This document shows, in pieces, positions 49,498 through 61,214 of a DNA stretch of 64,000 bases. The stretch is from Octopus vulgaris. Taxonomy: Eukaryota. The DNA lies in contig OX597833.1 of assembly GCA_951406725.2 (NCBI GenBank), positions 41,912,001-41,976,000 on the forward strand, written 5' to 3'. How positions within the stretch are numbered: the first letter of the stretch is position 1; every line of letters starts with the position of its first letter. Made by a program: the position numbers and the translations under genes. The notes below the pieces were generated by a model. The model was given only the letters and a program-made list of their open reading frames with translations, was not told the DNA's origin and did no database searches.

Positions 49498-49607
49498 CGG
49501 CACGGCAAGCATGGTTAGAATAAAGATAAGACTGTCGTTTTGGGAGTTACGCAACCGATCGGTGACCGGCGGCAGGCCTTTCTGCCGTAACTTACAGCAG
49601 CAGTCGC
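49498..49607 (-). other. Probable exon 2 of the minus-strand gene, ending in ATG CTT GCC GTG CCG (MLAVP)
   Basis: taattgtcttcgcacttttag| acceptor, CCG|GTAGGT donor, ATG in aaccATG context at 49512, CpG-rich. Confidence 0.6.
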
Positions 49608-50922
49608 CTAAAAGTGCGAAGACAATTATTACGAAATCTTTCCTCTTTTTTTACAACTATGAAATATTGGCCTTTCTAACTTTTATTCTATTCTTCCCTA
49701 CTCTCTCTCCTTTTTATGCAATAGATACACCGTTGGAAGAGTGTATCTTTAGCATCTTTGAAAAAAAATAATTAAAAAAAAAATCTCTTCCATCATTGTC
49801 AATTGATCTAAAATACTAAAAAAAGAAAACCGTTATATAAATATATATATATAAATATAGGTGTGTAATTATACACCCGCAAAATGAGAGACAAAATAAA
49901 CAACACCGACGGACGATTAACCGGTGTAAAAATACACACACTATACAACATATATATATATACACATATAAATATTTTCATATATATATATATATATAAA
50001 TACACACACACACACATATATACACATAAAAATCAACATCCGTACAGTTTCAATTCTATTCACAAGACATTTTCACCCTCTTATTAGATTAGTTCTAAAT
50101 TCATTACTATTTTGAAATATTTCTAAAATAATCATTATTAGCCAAAAATAAAATAAGTAAAAAAACAACAAAATTCCACACTTTTTTAATTTCTAAAAAT
50201 TATATTAAGCCAAATGTTTATTTCTTTGTCTGAGACACATTTCTCTTGAAATGCGTCAATAATGTGAAAGAAAGGACACATGGCATGGTTAACGTTGAAG
50301 ATCTACTGAGCACTGTATACAATAATTTCATTACTATATTATTATTATATAAAATTAGTGATACAATAAAGCCTCTACGACTATTTCATTTCGTGTCTAT
50401 TATAGTTAATGTTCAATGGGGGGTGCTACCAAACAGAGCGACAGTTGTAAGAATTACACGCGTAAAGCAGAGAGTAAGGAATATGAGACTTACTATCTCT
50501 TTTACTTCGAGTACTTTTATGGAATAGTGGAGCATTTTGAAATAAAGCATGGTAGAGCTGTTATGTTATTTAATCCCAGGTCAACCCTAATCAGACACCT
50601 ATGAAACGTTTCAGCTATATAACCATTTCATTTTTTAATATTTAAACAATGTATCTGAGACGGCATAATCCGAAATGTCTTAGATTTTTAAGAGAATTCG
50701 GGTGTTATTTGCGGGAAATTTGGTGGCTATTTTTAGCAAGGCAGGCAGGCAGCCACGAGATGATGTCGAAATGAAAGCTGTTATATAAACAATCGTGATG
50801 AAATTGATCCGAAAGAATCAGAGAGAAAGAAAAAAAGACGGTACATACTGTGAATTTCAATAACTATTGGAGCTAAACATGTACGGACAATGATGTGATT
50901 CTATGTTATAAAGTTGACTTAC

Positions 50923-51075
50923 CGTTTCAAATGGAATGATAACAAGTCTCCTGCACGACGGCACAACTTCGGCGCCGGCTACAGGAATTTTTAACCAGTA
51001 AACGCAGACTCATGGTTTTAAGTTATCGATTTAGGTTTTCATTTCATCACCGACCGCCACCGCCGCTTATTGTTT
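50923..51075 (-). other. Probable first exon of the minus-strand gene, containing a 28-aa uORF (50927-51013)
   Basis: ACG|GTAAGT consensus donor. aaaaccATG starts MSLRLLVKNSCSRRRSCAVVQETCYHSI*, with the stop 4 nt before the donor. The 5' end is estimated. Confidence 0.55.
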
Positions 51076-52061
51076 CGGTTACGTGACGTAGTCAAAGTCT
51101 GTCTTGTGATACATGTCCATCGATTCCTAAACTAAGATAATTATTAATTTCATTACAAATTGGCATTAAGAGACTGCACATGTCTTTCTGGTTTTTTTTT
51201 TTCTTAATTTGTTTACGCGTTTATTGTGTGCTTTGTCACTTTTTCTTTCTTACTGATCTTTTTTTTTTTTTGTCTTTTGTCATAAGCACCATGGCCCCGA
51301 AGAGTTAATTCTGGACGAACCAATTTCTAGTTGCAGCCAACCATTTAATTTCTATCATTACAGCATTCAGGAAAGGGATGAACGTCACAACTTTCAGTTT
51401 TCTTCGATTACGAGCTTGGTGTTTGTATACACATCAACTACCGGAATCCATGTGGTGGAAGCAAGCTCCTGGAAAGCCGGGGTTCGAGTAGGTGTAGCAG
51501 TTTCAATTACCCGTTTTACGTTCCTAATATTCCCGAGAAAAGCATTGATACCTCAAATGTTCAGTCGTTCTTTCTCTTTTAAATCATTGCATTATTATCG
51601 AGTTACAGACCCAAATAAAAAAAAATTATGAAATTATTGTTTTGTTGGGTGAGTAATAACGCAAAAAGACCGTCGAGTTGCTTAATTTACGAGTACTTAA
51701 TATATACAGTTACCGTATACCCTTCGTCTGAGAGTTCCTACTAGATAGAAGTAGTTTATTTATTTATTTATTTTATGTCTGCATAATAGCGTCGTTGGTT
51801 ACAAGTTTCTACTGGGCCAATCATTGGTTCACTGGTTTAGTGGAAGCAAATTTGGTTCCGAGAAAAGCGTTATCCGAAAGAGTTGCAGGTTCTGAACAGT
51901 TTTCATACGTTCAATTTATTTCTTCGGATCCTTCGAGATTATTTACTGCTACGCTTTATATTATGTAATTATATTTATTTATTTATTTCGTAACGGAGAA
52001 TATTATAATTACTAAACAGTAAGACCTGCTACAGTAATATGTTTTACCAATCTATACTTAG

Positions 52062-52111
52062 ATTGATCGTTGTTAATTATTGATATCTAAAAGCTTTACT
52101 GTCACTCGCAG
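52062..52111 (+). other. Candidate non-coding 5' exon of a plus-strand transcript
   Basis: Perfect CAG|GTGAGT donor at 52111/52112 at the edge of the CpG-rich region. The 5' boundary (cttag|) is uncertain. Confidence 0.4.
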
Positions 52112-52769
52112 GTGAGTAAGACCTGGTAGCTTGTACTACAGTACGGCTGCTTTAGGCACCTATGCCAATAGTTGTTAACTGATATAGTCGTCCTCCAACC
52201 CTTGGCCCAGTAAAAACATCGAGGATGAGACAAAGATGCATCAGCACTAGGCTGATACTAATTTACAGCTGAATAGACTTTAAAAAACGTGAAATGTAAT
52301 GCCTTGCTCAGGGACATAATGCGCCTCCTACTCCAGGAATCGAACTTATGACTAGACGATCGTGAACCCAACACCGTAGACACTAGGAATAAATATATTT
52401 TGACAAATGAACTTCATTCTAATTAGTATCTAATCAACTACATAAATCAAGTGAATGCAACCAACCAATAATGAAGTCTTTAAGACCCAAAGTTCTGATT
52501 CAGTAATCTCTCCATCTTGAATGCACAGTGATACTACAGCTAGTTTGCACTAGCTGTGGTGTCAGTTTTCACTACAGTATCAAAATTCTGTAGTGCCAAT
52601 CTTACTGCAAACTTGAAAAAGTAAACTGCTTATTAAATTGACACAAACTACTGTATTTAATAGTATAAAAGATGATTGGCATTCTAGATGCACCTCAATT
52701 TCAAAAGTGTGTATTCAGAAAAAAATAGTTTTTAATGCATTAAAGAATGTAATATTATAGGCCCATATA

Positions 52770-53225
52770 GGGTGGCGATCTGGCAGAATTGTTAGCATGC
52801 TAAGCAAAATGCTTGGCTGTACTTCGTCCATCTTCTCATTCTGAGTTCGAATTCCACTGATGTTTTTGCATTTCATCCTGGGGGGGGGGGTCAATAAAAT
52901 AAGTACCAGTTGAGTACTAGGATTGATGTAATTGACTTACCCCCACCCCACCCCACCCCTGAAATTTCTGGCCTGCTATCAAAATTTGAAATCAGTGTTA
53001 TAGACCCAACTGGGGTGGCAAGCTAGCAGAATTGTCATCTCACCATCCAAAATGCTTAGTGGCATGTTGTCTGTCTGCATGTTCTGAGTTCAAATTACGC
53101 TGAGGTTGACTTTACCTTTCGTCCTTTCAGGGTTGATAAAATAAGTACCAGTTGAATGCTGGGGTCAATATCATTGACTTATCGTCCCTCAACTGAAATT
53201 TATGGCCTTGTGCTAAAATTTGAAA
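52770..53225 (+). mobile_element. Two tandem SINE family A copies
   Basis: Family A heads GGTGGC.A.CT.GCAGAATTGT and centres ATAAAATAAGTACCAGTTG. Confidence 0.85.
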
Positions 53226-53239
53226 ACACTATAAGCCCA

Positions 53240-53600
53240 ACTCATCATCGTCATTGTTCGACTGGTTGAGACAATGGAATTTACTATGCTACGCCAGACT
53301 TCACGGTCCATCATAGCATTACGGAGGTCCTGTTGCTGGATGCCTGTATCCCTGGAGATTACATCAGGTTAGGAGAGTGTGCGCCCTCTGGTATCGCAAG
53401 CAGATGGCTTCCAGAGGAGAAGAGTAGAAATTACCTCGTTTTCAACTCTACAACAATGTCCAGCAAACTGGACTCTTCTACCTTTCACAAGAGATGATAC
53501 AGGTGGTAATTTCCCATATATTTGTACTTTGGTTGGATGATGCTTCCACAAGATATTTTGAGCCTCATAAGGAGGCGAGTATAAGTTCCATTCAACTGCC
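53240..53600 (-). mobile_element. LINE 3' end (RTE/RTEX-like)
   Basis: LNGTYTRLLMR...WKHHPTKVQIYGKLPPVSSLVKGRRVQFAGHCCR...LLLWKP...DLRNAMMDREVWRSIV, with a GAT-type tail. Confidence 0.8.
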
Positions 53601-53821
53601 TCTCAACTACACATACAGGACCTGGGCAATTTTTTTGAGACTTTCTTTTTTTAAAAAGGGTGCATGTTATATGCCATCTCAAGTACAGCAGATTGATTAC
53701 ATCAACCAATCTGATTGTGTAACATGCTAATTACGTCATGAAATAACTCCTTTTTTAACATTCTTTTCCTGCAAGAATCTCCAAGACTAGTGGAAGATAG
53801 AGAATATTATAGCTATATGTA

Positions 53822-54035
53822 AGATGGTGAACTGGCAGAATTGTTAGCATGCTGGGCAAAATACTTTGCAGCATTTTGTCCATCTTTACATTCTGAGTGC
53901 AAATTTTGTTGTGGTTGGCTTTGCCTTTCATCCTTTCAAGGTTAACAAAATAAGTACCAGCTAAGCATTGGGGTCAATGTATTTGACTGACCCCCAATTC
54001 TTTAAAATTGGTGGCCTTGTGCCAAAATTTGATAC
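53822..54035 (+). mobile_element. SINE family A, older copy
   Basis: Family A head and centre. Confidence 0.8.
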
Positions 54036-54566
54036 CAATATTATTGTTACATGCTGATTTTAAACACAAACAAACATCTGTACTGCTCTCAAAATAATAA
54101 AAAAGGCTTGTCAGTCACAATTTTTGTGAGACCTTCGGTGGGGGGGGGGGTAATATTTTTTATAACACCACCTAGCTTTATATCACTTAGTGTTTCATCA
54201 TGTCTAATTCTAGCACTGGTTATATAGTATTATCGCACCAAACTACCATTTATTAATTAATTTATGATAATTATCAACACTTCCTAGAATAAATACATTC
54301 TGGATTTGTAGAGAATATGACAGTGGGAGACAGAAACAGTAAATTGTAAATTTGGTGTTAAGCACAAAAGTACACACACACACATATACATATACTTTGA
54401 TATTTTTACTGGTTTCATTCATTGGACTACAATCAAGGGGTTTAGTCCATGAAATCTCCTCCCAGTATTTATTTCGATCTGATACTTATGTTATCAATTG
54501 CTATTTATTGAACAGCTAAGTTAGCTTTTGATAAAAAGGGATTCAACTCAGTATACCATTTTTTGC

Positions 54567-54601
<35 letters not shown>

Positions 54602-54604
<3 letters not shown>

Positions 54605-54935
54605 TCATCATCATCATCATTTAACGTCCGCTTTCCATGCTAGCATGGGTTGGACGTTTTGACTGAGGTCTGGCGAACCAGACTCCAATCTGATCTGGCA
54701 GAGTTTCTACTGCTGGATGCCCTTCCTAATGCCAACCACTCTGAGAGTGTAGTGGGTGCTTTTACGTGTCACCGGCACGAGGGCCAGTTTGGTAGTACTG
54801 GCAATGGCCACGCTCAAATGGTGCTTTTTACGTTCCACCTGCACAGGAGCCAGTCCAGCAGCACTGGCGACGACCTCGCTCAAATATTTCACATGCCACC
54901 AGCACAAGTGCTAGTAAGGCGACGCGGTAACGATC
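54602..54935 (-). mobile_element. RTE 3' UTR copy with internal tandem modules
   Basis: (CAT)n TTTAACGTCCGCTTTCCATGCTAGCATGGGTTGGAC... Confidence 0.85.
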
Positions 54936-55051
54936 ATATATATATATATATGCAAGCATACAGCACACACAGTCATTTTCACCATCAATTTATTTTCATT
55001 TTCCCATGCTGGAAGTATCTTTCCACTTGTCATGGTGTATATCATCTAATA

Positions 55052-55216
55052 CAGTGGCTCCCAACCTGTGGTCTGTAGAGCCCTGGTGGTCTGCAAAGGT
55101 AGTACTGGGGTTTCATGAACATGTTAAGCTGACAGACCTTTCAGTATCCTGGGATCCATGGGAAAACTTATTTAAAGAAAAGGGGTCCTTAGTAGTGAAA
55201 AGGTTGGGATTCACTG
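55052..55216. mobile_element. hAT (Charlie-like) MITE
   Basis: TIRs CAGTGGCTCCCAACCT / AGGTTGGGATTCACTG. 8-bp TSD ATCTAATA / ATCTAGTA. Confidence 0.8.
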
Positions 55217-56073
55217 ATCTAGTACATAAAGCAACAGAAAAACTGACAATCTTTTCTTGTTTATATGTTGTTGTTTATGGATTAATTCAATTTTACTATG
55301 CTATTGGCAGCAGACAAGTTCTCTGTTACTTGGTTAGAGAACTTTTTCCACCTTACTTGGGGTTACTTGCCTTCTTGTTGGGCAGCCCTTGATATGGCTT
55401 ATGCAGTTTATGTCTAATTCCTGATTTTATATATTTTGCTTTTGGCATGGTTTCTATAGCTGAAGGCCATTACTATTCTACCATTTTATGGTGTGTACCA
55501 GATACAATTTATCAAGTTGCTGACATAAGAGTAGTTCATCATGGCAGGACTCAAGAATCTTGTCTATACTGTATCAATTTTTATTCAGAGGTACTACCCT
55601 CCTAGAAAAACAATCTTCAATGCAGCTTTTGGAGTCCGTATCCTATTCATATGTTTCATTTTAGATATGGTTTCTGCAGCTGGATGGTTAACGCCCTCCC
55701 TATCACCACCAACCACTTTACAGTGGGCACAAATGCATGTTATATTACTTGAGAGGTTGTTGGTAAAAAAGACTAAAGCATCATATATGACAGGAAGGGC
55801 ATTTTGGCAATAGGAAGGACATCTGGTCGTAGAAAATCTGCCTCAACAAATTATGTCCAAGCTATGCAAGTATGGAAAACTGGACATTAAAATGATGTTC
55901 GTGATGATATATATGATGATGATCATCATCATCATTCTTTAATGTCTGTTTTCCATGCTGACATGGGTTGGATGGTTTGAACAGAGCAGGCAACCTGGGA
56001 AGCTGCACCAGGTTCCAGTCTGATTTGGCTTGGCTTCTATGCCTGGATGTCCTTCCTAATGCTAACCACTATA

Positions 56074-56131
<58 letters not shown>

Positions 56132-56135
<4 letters not shown>

Positions 56136-57355
56136 GTTGGCAACTAAGTTCCTGCTGTTTTTCTAAATTTTGGAATTTATTGCGTTTTTAAATTTTGGAA
56201 TCTATTTTGGTCTTTTTTCTAGTTAATTTTAGTCAATTTTTGTTATGTCAAGTTAAGAAAAATTTGCATTTTTGACACCGCCTTCTTTTTGCTTTTAATC
56301 AAGGTTCTAAGGTCACAAAAGCTGCTCGGGACATTTTTGCTGTGTATGGAGAGGGTGCCATAGCTGAAAGACCTGCTCATGCTTGGTATGCCAAGTTCAA
56401 AAATGAAAATTTTGACCTCAAAGACGCACCTCATTCTGGACATCCAGTTGTGTTTGATGAAGAGCAATTAAACCAAGTTTTGTATGAAAATTCTCGTCAA
56501 ATGACAAGGGAACTGGCAGAGAAAATGGAATGCTCCCACACTGCTATAGAGAAGCATCTTCACTCGATGGGAAAGGTTCAGAAGTATGGAGCATGAGTTC
56601 TGCATGCTTTAAATGATAAACAACAAAAATCAACGAGCCACAATCTTCGCTTGTTTGCTTGCTCGTTGCTGCTCAACTCATGGACACAAGCAATTATTTC
56701 TTTACCGAATCATTACTGGCGACAAAAAGTGGTGCCTGTACATTAATATGAAGCAGTGTAAGGAATAGCTTAGCCCCGGTAAACAAGCGACACCGTACGT
56801 GAAACAAGCTCTTCATATGCGTAAAATGATGTGCATTTGGTGGGACTGGGAAGGGATTATCCATTACGAATTGCTTGAATAGAACCCAACGGTCAAGATG
56901 GAACTCTATGTTCAACAGATGGAATGACTCAACACGGCTATTCAAGAGAAAAAATCTAATTGGCAGCATGGAGTTATTCTGCTGCATGACAATGCCCATC
57001 CTCATATCGCCAATATGACCAAGGAAGCCATTCAAAAGCATGGCTGGGACGTGCTGCCACACCTGCCGTACTCTCCTAATTTGGCACCAATTGATTTCCA
57101 CCTCTTTCGATTTCTTTCAATTGCTCTGCGCGGAGTTTTGTTCAATACTGATGCAGAATTGAGAGCTTGGTTAGATCAATTCTTTGAGTCGAAATCGGGT
57201 GATTTCTACCAACGAGGTATTGAAAATCTAGTTGAACGTTGGCAAGAAGTTGTAAACAACAAGGGTGAATACATTATTGATTAATTAGTTGTTATTTTTA
57301 TTAAACCTTTAAAAAAATTTAAATTTTAAAAAATGGCGAGAACTTAGTTGCCAAC

Positions 57356-57359
<4 letters not shown>
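56132..57359 (+). mobile_element. Full-length mariner transposon inserted in a (TA)n tract
   Basis: TIRs TTGGGTTGGCAACTAAGTTC / GAACTTAGTTGCCAACCCAA, TA flanks, ~1.23 kb. Confidence 0.96.
56245..57284 (+). pseudogene. mariner DD34D transposase pseudogene
   Basis: AARDIFAVYGEGAI...WYAKFK, RIITGDKKWCLY, LLHDNAHPH, HLPYSPNLAPIDFHLFR, FYQRGIENLVERWQEVVNNKGEYIID*. Several stops and frameshifts. Confidence 0.93.
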
Positions 57360-57417
<58 letters not shown>

Positions 57418-57449
57418 AGTATATATATATATATACATATATATATATG

Positions 57450-58005
57450 CAAATTAAAATCCAGAAAATGGAGAAGTAGCATTAATATAATTTATTAACT
57501 GCAAAAATTCAACATGTTCCTTTATAACTGTTTTGATATTGCCCAAATGAATTAAATTCCAGTAATTAAAACATTTCTGGGGGCAAAATCTCGTCAGAGG
57601 AGTGAAAAAAAAAAAAGACATATTGTTAGGTTATTAACATGTTACTCTTCCAAAACATCTCAACAGGCTGAATCTCATTTAATTACTAATATTGGTGTAC
57701 ACCTTGGCTAAGGGATAATAGGTTGTATAATGATAATAATTGGTTATACATATGTAGAATCTTGCAAGCATGAAGTGGATTTGATCCACTACAGCCAAAT
57801 TTAAATTAACAGTTCAACAAAACTTTTCTCATGGTGGAACAATGGTTTTTCTCTGACAGCAGTTTTACATTTGCCAGATTGACTTTAGCTAAGCCAAAAA
57901 TAATGTCTTCACCACTTGACCCTTATAATCTCTTCTACTTCACCAAAAGCTAGAATAGTGATATCACTACTGCCAACGAAGTTCATTGTTCTCAACAATA
58001 TGTCT
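57450..58005 (-). mobile_element. Highly degraded Penelope-like 3' region with hammerhead-like motif (57518-57600)
   Basis: Minus CTGACGA-GATTTTGCCC...GGGCAATATC-AAAAC-AGTTATA. Upstream is a weak ..RVKW...SGKCK..REK.. remnant. Confidence 0.4.
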
Positions 58006-58010
58006 ATCCT

Positions 58011-58377
58011 TGTGGATAGTTATAAAAACAAGAACCCGCAAGCAAAAGACAGTCATTTTGGTGACAACTCGCGAGTTGAGAGAGAGGTGACATCAGTTAG
58101 TGAACCGACCACTAGAATCATGGAAGCAGGCAGACAAAACGGCCAGAGGGAAAAAGAAAGACAACGTCCCACACTCCCTCACTCTCACTAGCTCTAATTC
58201 TGTTCGACATTTCATATTATTGTGTACCTAATCAATGTTACTTGTTACAATTGGTAACTACACTAATTAAAACCTAATTGTTACAATTGGTGACCCCAAA
58301 CAAGAGAATTGGTCTTCTCAAGAACCAACTGTTACAAATGGTGACCCTCGACTTTAACTAGAAACTCAACTGTTACA
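58011..58377 (+). mobile_element. Solo-LTR-like element with reiterated LTR-end/PBS junctions
   Basis: TG start. TGTTACA occurs 4 times, three followed by (A/T)TGGT(G/A)AC; TGGTGACCCC and TGGTGACCCTCGAC resemble a tRNA-Trp PBS. Confidence 0.5.
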
Positions 58378-58520
58378 CATATATATATACATGCATACAC
58401 TCATACTCAATCATGTATCAATGCTTATACTTGTGTATTAATACATAATTTAAAAAAAAAACAAATTTATTTAACACATAGTTTTCATAAACTTGTATCC
58501 GTAAATGGCATGTGCATATA

Positions 58521-58945
58521 TAGGCGTAGGAGTGGATGTGTGATAAGTAGCTTGCTCACCAACCACATGGTTCCAGGTTCAGTCCCACTGCGTGGCACCT
58601 TGGGCAAGTGTCTTCTACTATAGCTTCGGGCCGACCAAAGCCTTGTGAGTGGATTTGGTAGATGGAAACTGAAAGAAGCCTGTCGTATATATGTATATAT
58701 ATATATATGTATGTGTGTGTATATGTTTGTGTGTCTGTGTTTGTCCCCCCAACATCACTTGACAACTGATGTTGGTGTGTTTAGGTCCCTGTAACTTAGT
58801 GGTTCGGCAAAAGAGACCGATAGAATAAGTACTGGGCTTACAAAGAATAAGTCCTGGGGTCGAGTTGCTCGACTAAAAGGCGGTGCTCCAGCATGGCCAC
58901 AGTCAAATGACTGAAACAAATAAAAGAGTAAAGAGTAAAAGAGTA
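58521..58945 (+). mobile_element. SINE family B, full length
   Basis: TAGGCGTAGGAGTGG head, GGTTCAGTCCC B-box-like motif, ACCTTGGGCAAGT CORE-like motif, (AAGAGTA)n tail. Confidence 0.92.
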
Positions 58946-59595
58946 TACTTATTCATACAAATGTAATTGAGAGTTTCATTTACTAAAACGAAAAACAAAA
59001 AGTATGCACGTACCTCTCTCTATATATATTAATTATTCTTTAAGAAGAATAGTGTTGAAGTTTCAGCCAGCCAAGCCATCAATGGTCTATGATACATTTG
59101 AGTTCATCTTAGCCTTATATAGTAATTTTTTAGTTAAAATTTTCTAGAGTAAGCGGAGTTCTGTTGAATGATAATTAGGTTGTAATGGTGAGGCGCCAAT
59201 ATACTTAAATACTCACACTTGAAATTGAATAGAAGTAATAGTTATCAAAACAGCTGACAAGCTTCACCTACCAAACACAAAATAGTAACCAAGTAATCTC
59301 CAGAACAATGATCTCCAAGAAACAAATATGCTAACCGACTACATTCAAACTTACTTATGTCCTCTTGTGAATATTACGGCATTAGATTAACAAATTTTTC
59401 ATAGTAATAACTCAATTACATGCTTAAGTGATAAGCAATACCCTTCCACTACAAACAGGTAAAAATCTCTAAACAATACCAGTCTGCCAACAAACTAAAA
59501 CTTACCACCTACTTACATTCTTTTGTGAACACTTAAAATCCCCATTACCTAAAAGCTGATGTGCCTAATAAATGCACCTTATTACAAAGGTTTAA

Positions 59596-59814
59596 CCCTT
59601 TAGTATTTAAACTGGCCTTATCCGGCCAAAATATTTAATCTGTTTTATGTTCAAACTGACCAGATCCAGGCTCTCATGCCTACCCTACAATGTTATTCTA
59701 CATTAGGTAATTACACCATCAAGATCTTGAAGCTATGAGATAATGCATGATTAATTCAAATCAATGTGAATCAATTAGCATTATGTTTGATAGAATAACC
59801 AGAACACTAAAGGG
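59596..59814. mobile_element. piggyBac-like MITE
   Basis: TTAA|CCCTTTAGTATT ... AACACTAAAGGG|TTAA. Confidence 0.85.
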
Positions 59815-60226
59815 TTAAATACTGGACTGAACTCTGAGATTTAACCTTCACATTCTCAAAATGAAAGGTTAAATATCTTATTAATATCCAATTGAAACCA
59901 ACAACTAAACTGAGTGACATATCAGCTGACCCCAAATTTACAGCCCCAAATTTAATCAGTTAAAATTTCCCATAACACCATGCTATCACACCCTACCACA
60001 CAACCTAATTATCACTTAAAAGAACTCAGACCACCTGAGAAAATTTTAACTTAACGGAATCTATATAAAGCCAAGATGAACTCAAAAGTACCTCGGTCTG
60101 ATGCTAGCTTAGCTGGCTGATACTTCGAAGTCACTGTCAATGCTATTCTTGTTAAAGAATAATAAATTTGTACTTAACCAAATGTATTGAGTAATCCTTC
60201 AATTTAATGTAAAATTGTTTATAACA

Positions 60227-60598
60227 TAGGCGCAGGAGTGGCTGTGTGGTAAGTAGCTTGCTAACCAACCTCATGGTTCCGGGTTCAGTCCCACTGCGTG
60301 GCATCTTGGGCAAGTGTCTTCTGCTATAGCCTCGGGCCGACCAATGCCTTGTGAGTGGATTTGGTAGACGGAAACTGAAAGAAGCCTGTCGTATATATGT
60401 ATATATATATGCATTTGTGTGTTTGTGTTTCTCCCCCTAGCATTGCTTGACAACCGATGCTGGTGTGTTTACGTCCCCGTTACTTAGCGGTTCGGCAAAA
60501 GAGACCGATAGAATAAGTACTGGGCTTACAAAGAATAAGTCCCGGGGTCAATTTGCTCGACTAAAGGCAGTGCTCCAGCATGGCCGCAGTCAAATGAC
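60227..60598 (+). mobile_element. SINE family B, young copy
   Basis: Near-consensus. Confidence 0.92.
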
Positions 60599-61039
60599 TA
60601 ACCCTAACAAATCACTGACTGATAATATAGAGAACTAGTATTAGCTGAGATTAAGGCTCTTTGATATTACTGATTATCAGTTTACAAGGTCTTGTTGAAT
60701 AATTTATCTTGCCTTGGCCTATAATCTCTGACCTCCCTCTTACTGATTAGTCAAACAACATCCCATGCTGTTGATATTTGATGACACTAATGTAAAAGGA
60801 ACAATGTAAGAAAAAGATAAGGAAAGAAAGAGAGGGTGGGGAGATACTAAGTTACTGCAAGGTTAGGATGTTGCACTGGACTACTGACAACATGGATCAG
60901 GATTTTAAACTTTACCTTCTGCAGCCAGTATGTTGTAATTAGTGTATTAGTCAATCTGGCTAATAATAGATTCCACTTACCCTCTGATGACTAGGTGTGG
61001 GAGAGCAGAGGTCGGGGGTGAGAGACATTAGGTTGACAC

Positions 61040-61214
61040 GGGTGGGAAAGGTTAAGGGTGGGAAAAGTTAAGGCTGGAAATGTTAAGAGTGATTAGGGTT
61101 AGAAGGGAGGAAGGCTAATAGGTGAGAAGAGTTAAGGAGAGGGAAAGTTAATGATGGGAAAGGTTAAAAATGGGAAGGTTAAGCGTTGGAAAAATTAAGG
61201 GTGAGAAAAATTAA
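61040..61214. repeat. Degenerate ~16-bp purine-rich repeat (GGGTGGGAAAGGTTAA-like)
   Basis: About 10 imperfect units, most ending in GTTAA or ATTAA. Confidence 0.7.

Larger units (their letters stand above)
49250..52400. promoter_or_regulatory. CpG-retaining, nearly TE-free probable divergent promoter region
   Basis: Visibly more CG dinucleotides than the flanks. Outward-facing consensus donors (minus 50922 and 49497; plus 52112). TACGTGACGTA (CRE-like, 51080-51090) and CCAATCATTGG (~51817-51827). Confidence 0.65.
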
